A stretch of 64,000 bases of DNA from Octopus vulgaris (taxonomy: Eukaryota): NCBI GenBank assembly GCA_951406725.2, contig OX597821.1:60698001-60762000 (forward strand). The letters are read 5' to 3'. Numbering within the stretch: the first letter of the stretch is position 1; every line of letters begins with the position of its first letter. Of the stretch, positions 53,957-64,000 are shown piece after piece. The position numbers were made by a program, and so were the translations under genes. The notes under the pieces are model-generated. The model was not told where the DNA came from and searched no databases. It saw nothing but the letters and a program-made list of their open reading frames with translations.

Positions 53957-56900
53957 AATCTAAAAGCTGTAGTGATATTTTAAAACTTTATCAAGTCTTC
54001 TTCGCAGACAGTTCTCATTTGGTCTTCTGTATAACCTATAAATTAAAGTTCTAATATTATCAGACTCATTTCTATTTCAAATGCACTCTCTATTCACAGA
54101 GTATGTACAAACATGGTGAACAAGTTTGGAGTTGCGTCAGTAAAAAAGTAAATTAAGTCTCCTGTCGTCACGTATTTGACCTGATAGAGTCAGCTAGCCA
54201 GCTTCCATGGCATATGAGTAACCGAATCGCAAGGTTACTAATTTACAGTTGACTGGGCGGGAGCGACGTGAAATGAAGTTTTTAGCTCACGAACACAACT
54301 CACTGCTCGATCCGGGAATGGAAATGACGAACACAAGGCAATGCATCTTCACAAAGTTGTGTAGAGATCAAGTTAATTTTGGGGTGTTAGAAATACAGAA
54401 TTATGTAATCTACATATGGCCAGCAGGTGATATATGGTTTGAAGATAACGAGTTTTGTTATTGCATAGAAAGGAGAGAACAAAAATCGTTTCCATTATCT
54501 TCCATTAAACTGATGTTATATCATCAAGAAAGATAAAACTCGTAAATATGAATAAACTTGTATGTTGTCAAGGAAATCAGAATTCTAGCACCGCTTCGAG
54601 CAAAGTTCTTCTCCTTGAGAAAATAAAATGTTTTCATACAAAGCAGAATACAGAAAAAAACATATGCGATTATAGTTTTATATCCCATAATAACAAACAT
54701 TAGGACAACCATATGCTCGAGAATATGGTTTACCACGGTAAAGAGAGGTAGTTGTCGGAGCAGATTTCGAATTAGTAGTTTTTCGTGACAGTTGATCAGA
54801 AGAAATGATTGAAACAAAAATTAATAGATCTCCACCATAATAATTTAAAACATTTGAGAGTTACAATAAAATAGATTATGTGTCTCGTAGCGATTTATAG
54901 AAACTCGTAACTCTAACGTATCTAGACACAAACCACAAAAATGAGTCTATTCGCGAACTAATAAGTAATTCTGAGAATAATAATGTAATAATTTCTTACG
55001 TAGGTATAAGGCCAGAAATTTGGTGGGAGAGTAATTCGAATATATCGGCCCACAGTTCTTGACTGGCGCTTTAATTCAATAACACTAAGAAGATCAAAAG
55101 TGAACATCTGCCGGATTTGAATTTAGAAATCAAAGGGCTGTGAGTAAATACCGCTTAAACGATTCTGACATCACATCGACCTTAGCATAACAATTGTTTC
55201 TAATTTAGAAACATCGCCGACAATTTTGAAGTGAGGGCTATAGTCGATATCATTGACTCCAGGACTCGATTCAACTTTATTTTATGGACTCCGAAAGGAT
55301 GGAAGGCACAGTTGACATCGGTTGAATTTGAACTTCAGAACGTGCAGATCTAGAAGAGATACTGCATTATTCCGACGCGCTAACGAATTTGCCAATCCAT
55401 TATCCTTGAAAAAATCCTCATCATGAAATAAGATCTTTATTCTTTTGCACACTATCTTTTCATAAATATTCGGCATCGAACCCATACTCTGCAAGGTTCT
55501 CATTACGATTACTTGAGCTATTATCTTTTGTTATACTGAGTATATTTTGTTTTAATCTCTATCGCTACCAATTTCTATATCAGTTTCTAACGCAAAGTCA
55601 CAGGTCACACGTTTTCACAACTTCCCCCTCCCCACATCGCTTATTCACCATATCCTACGCCTTTCTTGTATTTCGTATAACGGTTCACATTCATCCATCA
55701 GGCGATGATAACTTCCTTGACATCATGATAGTAAGAAGGAGAAGTCTAAGAAAACTTAAAGGTATAAATAATGAATTAGGAAACCTCAAGTATACATAAA
55801 CAACATCTATAACTCTTCTTTGTCACCGATTCAATAGATAGAAGCCCCGTTGAGCGTCGTTAGAAAAGCAGCCTAATTATTGGGTGACTTTATCTCTGGA
55901 GTCATCTCAGCATAAATTTAATCAAAGATTTATCATAATATCCAACAGTTACTACATTGTTTCACTGAAAATAAAACTAATAAAATCATATCACAATATA
56001 ACAAGAGCCAAGAGTATCTTAGACCCTCAAAATTTAGTAATCATATATGAGAAGTAGTTATACCAGCTGTATATATGCATATTTATCTATCTATCAGTCT
56101 GTCTGTTTACCTGTCTATTCGTATCGTTCAGACTATAGGATATTGAGATCTCTGTTTGGTTGCCAATTTTTAATTTCTTCAATTTCTGTCCGACTTGATT
56201 TCATATTCGGTGTAACGATGTAGTTTTAAATGCCAATCAATGCATGAAATTCATTTTCGCCATAAATCAATAAGTAAAGAACTATTAGCTTTTAAAGGGT
56301 AATTTTAGCCAATCGTAAGCCACAGACACATTCATATCTGTCTCCATAGTAACAAGACAAACATAAGAACTCTTATGTCTTTGAAATAGCACGTGTTGAC
56401 AAATATATTTTACGAAAGATGTGCCCATCTACTGCTTGTACCCTTGTCGAGAGATGTGCTAAAAATAACAGCCCGATAGGCTTTAAATCTTTTTGGTTAT
56501 TACATAATCGTATCAATTTCAGAGTGAAGAATACGAATTTGCGAAAACTTTCTGAAAATTCCAAGAAGCAAAACGTTATGAGGGATTACATGTCATGTGT
56601 AAAGCAGACGTTGATTTATTTACAGTTTCATATTAAAACACGTGCTATCTTCAGAATGTTGACAACTCGTGCTGTCACGCACAAAATGATAACTTCCAAA
56701 TCCTGTTTTCGGAGTGGGTGAAAATAATTAAACTTTAAACCTCTATAACTTAAAAAAAATTTTCCTGGAAAAAGTGAAATATCTCTTGAGATTCAGCTTA
56801 GAAAATTACATTAATACACCGAATTAAGAAAATTTTCAATAAACTTTGAAATTTCCACAGCTATAGCTAAACAGAAAAAGATCCGGATATTGTTATAAAC

Positions 56901-57325
56901 AGCTGGTCCCAATGCACTTCTTCGCATTCTTAGACGTTCTGAATGATGCCATTCCATTGGCTAGGCGGGCTGACCAGCATTCCTCAGCCGCAGGACAGAA
57001 TGCCAGTCCGCCACAGGTTACCCAATTACAGTCGAGTGGACTGGAGTAATGTCAAATGAAGTGTTTTGCTCCAAAACACAACGCACTACCTGTCTTGGAA
57101 TCGAAACAAAGACTTTGCAATCTTGAGTGCAACTACCTAACCGCTAGACCACGTGCCTTCACACACACACATGCACGCACACACACATACTCACACACAC
57201 ATACACACACACAAAAACACGCACAAACACGCTCACATACGGATATATACATATATATGCAAATATATACGTATGTGTGTGTATATATATATAAATATAT
57301 TTATATATGCATGTATGTATGTACG

Positions 57326-57396
<71 letters not shown>

Positions 57397-57719
57397 ATCT
57401 CTCTCTCTCTATATATATATATATAAATTCTTACATATATAAGCATACACATCTTGTGTCTAGAGAGTCATTATGACATACAAAAACGAAGTAAACACAT
57501 ATATACGTATATTTATATGTATATATATATGTGTATGTGTGTATTTGTGTGTGTTTGTGTGTGTGTATCTCTCTATCAACCTCTGCACACAATAAAACTC
57601 TCTCTCACACACATACATATGCATATATATATTTGAATTTAGTTTCCTCAGAAAAGATATGATATATTATTTCATAAGCACATTATGCAATGTTTCTGTG
57701 ATATTTATAATCAACTTAC

Positions 57720-58148
57720 ATAAAAACAACAACAATCACAAAAAGAAACCTGACATTGTTGTGGTGAACAAAAAAGAAAAAAAAAGCTTGCATGATAATC
57801 GACATAGCATGTCCCGGTGACAACAGGATGAAAGGGAAAGAAGAAAAACTGGATATAAATGACGATTAGAAGTGGAAAATACGCAGGTTGTGGGCAATGA
57901 AGAAAGTGGATATGATACCATTTGTATCGTGCTCAGAAGTATCAGCACTCAACTACCAACATGGTTCAAAAAGACTGGTACAAATGTAAAAATAGAACAT
58001 CTACAAAAGTCATCATTGCTTGGAACTCTTAAAGTCCAACGTAGGGTTTTTGAAGCATCATCAGTAAACAAATATCACCTTAATATGCTGGCTGTGGTCA
58101 GCTGACACTTTCCATCATGCCCAGCAAAATAAGTTGAGAGCCTTAATC

Positions 58149-58150
<2 letters not shown>
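57720..58150 (+). mobile_element. R4/Dong-like 3' fragment with (AAT)n tail
   Basis: KKPDIVVVNK, LQKSSLLGT; followed by (AAT)n 58150-58232. Confidence 0.7.
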
Positions 58151-58233
<83 letters not shown>

Positions 58234-58244
58234 TATGATGATGA

Positions 58245-60750
58245 CGATAAATGCAGAAATCTCAGTTCCGCATGAATTGATTATTAAAAAGGCCTTTGAC
58301 AGCATACCGTGTTCATGGATTTTGAAATCAGTGGATAACTTCAAAATTTTTCCTATAATTTCAAACTTCTTGAAGCACATGTCAATGTCGAATACGAATT
58401 TCCAATTATACCAATCTAATGGAGTACTGACTTCAAGCAATATCATTAATATCAACTCTGGCATTTTCTATGGTGACTCACTTTCACTTATAATTTTTGC
58501 TTAGCCTTAATACCCCTGACAAGTGAACTTAACAGAATTGGAGTATGGGTACAAAACTAACAAGAAGAACATAAGTTGTCTATTTTATATGGATTATTTA
58601 AAACCCCGGGGCAAAGACAATAATGAGCTTAAAGGCCTCTTACGTATTGTGAAAGCATTCAGTGATGACATCGGGATGAAATTTCGTCTTGATAAATGTG
58701 CAAAGGCCACTTTCCAGAAAGGGAAATTGAAGACCTCACATTCAGTGGTGTTACATGTTGACACAGTTATAAAATGACTTAAGCGGGGACAAACTTACAA
58801 ATACCTCAGAATAAATGAGGGCTCTGGCATTCAGCATGCAAGCATGAAAGAGATCAAAAAGGAATGCTACAGGGGAGTTCGAAGAGTCCTGAAATTTGAG
58901 TGAAATGCACGTAACAAGGTGTTAGCCATAGATTCCTTAGCAGTTCCAGATGTTATCCATTGTTTCAATGTGTGGAACTAGAATACCAGCGAAATAAGGA
59001 AAATTGACAGGAAAATCCGTAAGCTGCTGACTTGCAATAAGATGCACTACCCAAAGACAGACGCAGATCGTCTTTACCTTCCAAGTGCCCAAGAATGTCG
59101 AGGCTTGATAAAGTTTGAAATCTTTTACAAAACCACCACAACTGCCTAAATATCTTGAAACATCTATGTTTCAAGTGCATACTAAAACTTGTTGAAAATC
59201 GCGAGAAACGTAAGGAGCTTCATTCTGTCTTGAGGGAAAGCAAAAAATTTACTAGTGAGTTCATGCACAATACCCAGGTTGAACAGCATGTTGCAAGTAC
59301 GGCAACTGTCTTTTTTCAAAGAAGGGGAAATCAATGGCAAAAGACAAAGCGTTTGAGCAATTGGTTAATAAGTGGGAACAAAAACATCTACATGGCAAAT
59401 ATGTAGCTTCTAGCTGATGCAGACTAAAAGCACATCCATCAGTTGCTACGGAGCTCAAGGGTAAAGGCAAGGAGCGAAGGCTTTATCGTAGATGCTTGAG
59501 ATCAGAACTCACTGACCCATAACTACGAAGCCAATGTGAGTAGACCCAAAGTGCCGATACTGCAAGGATGAGATTGAAACAGTGGATCACCTAATTTCTG
59601 ATTGTAAAGTTTTTGCACTTATAGAGTTTAAATCAAGACATGACAGAGTTGGTCAATATCTACACTGGTTAATATGTCGGTATCATATAATCAAAACTGC
59701 TGACAAATGGTACAAGCACCATCCTGAAGCTGTAACTGAGGGAGAAAATGCAACGATTCTTTGGAACTTTCAAATACATACAGACCAGACCACCAAAGCA
59801 AATAAACCCGATATTGTTTTGAAAGACCTAAAATAATAAAGTCAGTTTATTGATTGACATGAGCATATCTTGTGATCATAAAATATCGGTAGAAGAACTT
59901 GATAAACTAAAAAAAATATAAAGATTTGCTGTTGAAATCAGAAAAATGTGGCATCTCAAGATGGTTACTATACTAGTGATTGTAGGAGAACTTGGAATGA
60001 TAAAAAAAGGAATTCTTTTATTCTTTTACTGTTTTACTTGTTTCAGTCATTTGACTGCGGCCATGCTGGAGCACCGCCTTTAGTCGAGCAAATCGATCCC
60101 AGTACTTATTCTTTGTAAGCCTAGTACTTATTCTATCGGTCTCTTTTGCCGAAAATGTAACTATCCTTTTAGATGTCCTAGTATCTACAAACCGGACCAT
60201 CAAAGCAAATAAACCAGATATTGTTTTGAAAGACCAAAAGAACAAAGTCTGTTTATTGATTGACATGAGCATACTCAGTGACCAAAATATCTCGGCAAAA
60301 GAATTTGATAAGCTCAGAAAATATAAAGATTTGCTAATTAAACTCGAAAAGATGTGGCATCTCAAGACGGTTACTATACCAGTGATTGTAAGAGCACTTG
60401 AAATGATAAAATAAAGAACTGAAAATTATTTAAGAGTGATCCCTGGTTTACCATCCATGCAGGAAGTGCAAAAGATTGTCTTAACTGGTACGCCAAACGT
60501 TTTGAGAAGAGCATTATCACTGTGAAATTTCTTTCCTTTCCCCATTTATTTTATTTGTTTATTTGTTATTTTAATTTTTTTTCCTTTTTCCCTCTGTCTT
60601 CCCTATTTCTCTCTCACACGTCTTTGTAAATGAGCAACCCAGTGTATTTATTTTAATGGCCTACCGATGTATACAGTACATTTCTCTGCCCTAGGTGTCA
60701 GGAAGACACTCAGCAAGAAATGGAAACAGAATTGAAAGAAGGTGCTAATG
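58245..60750 (+). mobile_element. R4/Dong LINE, decayed (RT + RLE), between (TAA)n tracts
   Basis: KKAFDSIP, GIFYGDSLS, LFYMD, FRLDKCA, RHDRV, KPDIV, KYKDL; SINE B fragment at 60015-60152. Confidence 0.88.
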
Positions 60751-60752
60751 AA

Positions 60753-60818
<66 letters not shown>

Positions 60819-61169
60819 GATTATGGTGATGACGATGACGACAGCAACAATAACAACAAAAACAAAAGCAACAACAACAATAATGGTTTCATATTTTGAC
60901 CAAAGTTCATCAATTTCAGGGTAGAAGCTTAGTCGACTGCATCGATATCGCCGCCCCCGCCACAATGCGTGACTGAGACTTCTTTTATCGCACCCGAAAA
61001 GGTGAAACTCAATCGGATTTGAGCTCTGGTTTCTTTATTAAATCATTAAATCATTAAAGCCCAAAGAAAAAAGAGTCAATATAGCAAACAAGATATAAGA
61101 TATAAGAGAATGTACAAACATATATCATGTAGAAAAGGACTAACAAAAAAAGAACGAGTAATAAGGTTA

Positions 61170-61530
61170 TCTCTATAGCTATCAACGGAAAAATGTCTGT
61201 GTATCTGTCTGTGTGTCTGTGTGTCCTTTATACAAATCCACAGATTTTCACGTAAAAGGCTCGCATTTTCTATGGGATTTCAAAACTGTCTGAGGGTGGT
61301 CGTGAAGATCTTTTCATTTCCCCAGTCACCCCAGAAAGCCATTAGAAAAATTGATAAACTTATCCATTCAATGAATCTATTTAGGAAGGGCTTTACTTTT
61401 ATGCTTACGGTTGATTTAAGTTATCTAGCGAGAGCCCACGATGTTTTATTCAAGTAAGAAAAAAAATGAAAAATGGGTAAGTTGACCCCCGCCCTCAAGG
61501 GATTTCCATAAAAAACGTTTATTTGTTAGC
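61170..61530 (+). mobile_element. Probable Helitron-like 5' portion
   Basis: Begins with TC (tctctat), then (TGTC/TGTG) repeats typical of non-autonomous Helitron 5' ends; no CTAG end found. Confidence 0.35.
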
Positions 61531-61889
61531 ATTCAGCCTAAGATCGAATGATTTGCTACCTACATAGCAAGAGCATAGGGTTATCAGAGTGATCCTTTTG
61601 GTGCAAGAAACCTTGATTCGAGTTTATCAAAATTGCCAATCAATCAGTGGAAACTCAATAAAACTATTCCTTGCTGGTTTCCGCATTTAAATTGACAGCA
61701 ACCTTTTCTTTTAGCCCTAACTTGAGGTACGAATGATCTAAGATACAAATATTTTCTTAAGCGAAACTTCATGCTTTTGTGTTTTGAGATACGAGTGAAA
61801 ATTGAGATGCTAATTAATTTCGTCACATTTTCCCGATCGCTAGGAAATTTGAAAACTTATTATTCACTGATTATTCATTTCATTTTGTT

Positions 61890-62350
61890 GGTGAAGGTTA
61901 GCTTTCATGGTGGTCTTTATCGATTTTCTAACATGCTCCCCCCTCATCTCCAGCAAAGCCGCCAAACTTATCCTGTCTGTCAGTCCAACACCTCAGGAAT
62001 AATGGAATTTCTTTTCCAGGTACTGAACTGCAAGCCGAATGTCTTGTCCGGGTTTTGTTTTGGTATTGTCCTTATCTCATTTTCCTTTACAACGGCACCG
62101 ATCACTTCAAATATCATGGTGTCTGATACCATTACAGTGACATCATCAGCTTATGCCGACATAATTCCTTCGAGTCCCTGTTTGAACACCTCCAGTTTCC
62201 GCAGTAGTGGCTTGAGACTGAGTATATACAGCCAAAGCAAATAGTCAACGATTCCGATTCTTTGTCTACGATGATACACAGATCTGGAATGACACCGTCG
62301 TCTTAACGATCCTAAGGAATTGTAAGTGCATGCTGGTCTATCTCAACTAG
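61890..62350 (-). mobile_element. Decayed Tx1/L1-like RT relic
   Basis: SA*ADDVTVMVSD (YADD remnant) at 62125-62165. Confidence 0.5.
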
Positions 62351-63339
62351 ATGTAGTTCTTTGTCATTTCTAAGCATCCCTCCCGTCAATATTACTCTAT
62401 AAAGGTGACAATGAGTGATGAGATCAGCGTCTTTGTCAAAATTCTCGACCGTCACTTTTGTGTTACGTGGACCATGTACTAATGTATGTTCGCGAAAGTA
62501 TCGTAAGCATTGTCATGTCGATAGTATCGAAAGTATCGTAAGCATTGTCATGTTGCTAGGTCATAAGCCAGTCATAAAATCCTGTAAGTCAATATTCTGA
62601 GGATAAAGAGAAACTTTCGTTTACTTTGTAAAGAAAAAGAAATTAGCTAGTTTATTCTTTGTCGGCTCTTGAACAAGTACTTCGGGTAAGGATACAGACA
62701 CCATTTTACCACAACAAACTCGAACTGAACTCTGTCTCTATACAAAATTTTTCTGTTGTTTTGTGACAGAAGCAAAAGATAAATAATTGTTGTTATTGTG
62801 ATTCTCTCTGTTCGAATTTTATCTAGTACTTTTTGTGAGTGTTATGTCGCAATGTGTATTTTTCAGTGAAAATTCCTCTTTTTAAAAAGTGCAAACGGCT
62901 GCGTCAGTTTGTTTGCAAGACTTTTGCTTCTCTTTACTTTTCTGCTGAACATCATAAAATAATACAAAAGTAATCTTATTTTCTATTCTTTGACAAAATT
63001 GTATTGTGTAACTATTGTGAAGACAATATCACTGTTTGTACTTAGAATTCTATAACCTTTAAGGTTAAATGCGAGGGCACAAATCTTCACCTTTATTAGT
63101 TCATATTGCAATATGAACTGAAATAGTTATCTTCGCGTAGTTGATCTCGTGCTTGCTTTCTCTCATACAAAAATTTCAAACATCATAACGAATATTTGTT
63201 GCCGACAACCAAAACGACAAAATCGGTTTCTTTATCTTTCTCACTGTTAGACAAGTTCAAGGCTCGAAACGTTAGATATTCCCCACGGCAATGTGAATTA
63301 TCAAAGTCATAAAGTCATATCTGAACTCTCTCTCTCTCT

Positions 63340-63370
<31 letters not shown>

Positions 63371-63622
63371 TGACGTCATGATGGTGCGTGAATGAAATAT
63401 GTTATAAATAGTTTAATAGATTATAGAATTTCGTGTTAGACATATTTTTGATCTTTTAAAAAGAATTCGGTATTGTGCACTGCTCCGATCTCCGATAAAA
63501 TATTTGAGAATACTTTCTACTAAAATAAAGATACTTTCGATCTCTTGAAGCCAGTAGATAAATCGAGATTGCTATGTAATTGCGGGTAAGTGGTCCCTCA
63601 AGAAAAGATGAAAAAAAAAAGA

Positions 63623-63659
<37 letters not shown>

Positions 63660-63822
63660 TAAAAGTTGAATAACAGCACTAAATATCTGGAAATATTTAT
63701 TTTCACTAGGTATTTTCGTAATAGACAAATCGGAATTTTAAACTCTAAAGAGAACATCGTGCATCGCTTTTCAAGCGGTTCGATATTTCACAATCAAACT
63801 TAATATATTAAGTTATTATCAT

Positions 63823-64000
63823 GGCGGCGAGCTGGTAAAAGCGTTAGCCTCCAGACAAAATGCTTAGCGGTATTTCGTCTGCCGTTACGTTCTGAGTTCA
63901 AATTCCACCGAGGTTGACTTTGCCTTTCATACTTTCGATGTCGATTAAATAAGTACCAGTTACGCACTGGGGTCGATATAATCGACTTAATCCGTTTGTC
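63823..64000 (+). mobile_element. SINE family A (runs off the window end)
   Basis: ggcggcgagctgg head, gagttcaaattcc, gactttgcctttcat. Confidence 0.88.

Noticed and set aside
54340-54817. Hydrophobic 97-aa minus-strand ORF, possible membrane-protein exon
   Set aside because: No recognisable motif or clear acceptor/donor; expected by chance in AT-rich DNA
62493-62553. 26-bp direct repeat
   Set aside because: Simple local tandem duplication, no further structure

Overview
Eukaryotic, AT-rich, repeat-saturated non-coding DNA. The SINE set and microsatellite load point to an octopus (coleoid cephalopod) genome; this is an inference. I can support no host gene exon. Nearly all ORFs in the track are translated microsatellites ((TA)n, (CA)n, (TATC)n, (TACA)n, (TAA)n, (GAT)n, (GAA)n). 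The recognisable content is transposable elements: a cluster of R4/Dong-type LINEs in (TAA)n, a young Tx1/L1-clade 3' fragment, RTE and CR1 relics, Penelope-like (PLE, RT + GIY-YIG) relics, mariner and maT-type transposons, a pogo/Tigger-like MITE, non-autonomous Helitrons and three abundant tRNA-derived SINE families. The most striking signal is about 15 minimal type I hammerhead-ribozyme (HHR) motifs (CUGANGA - stem II - GAAAC - palindrome - GUH), most with unrelated flanks. Many sit inside short non-coding fold-back or terminally redundant cassettes next to (TA)n tracts. They look like a diverse population of non-autonomous PLE/retrozyme-like elements.
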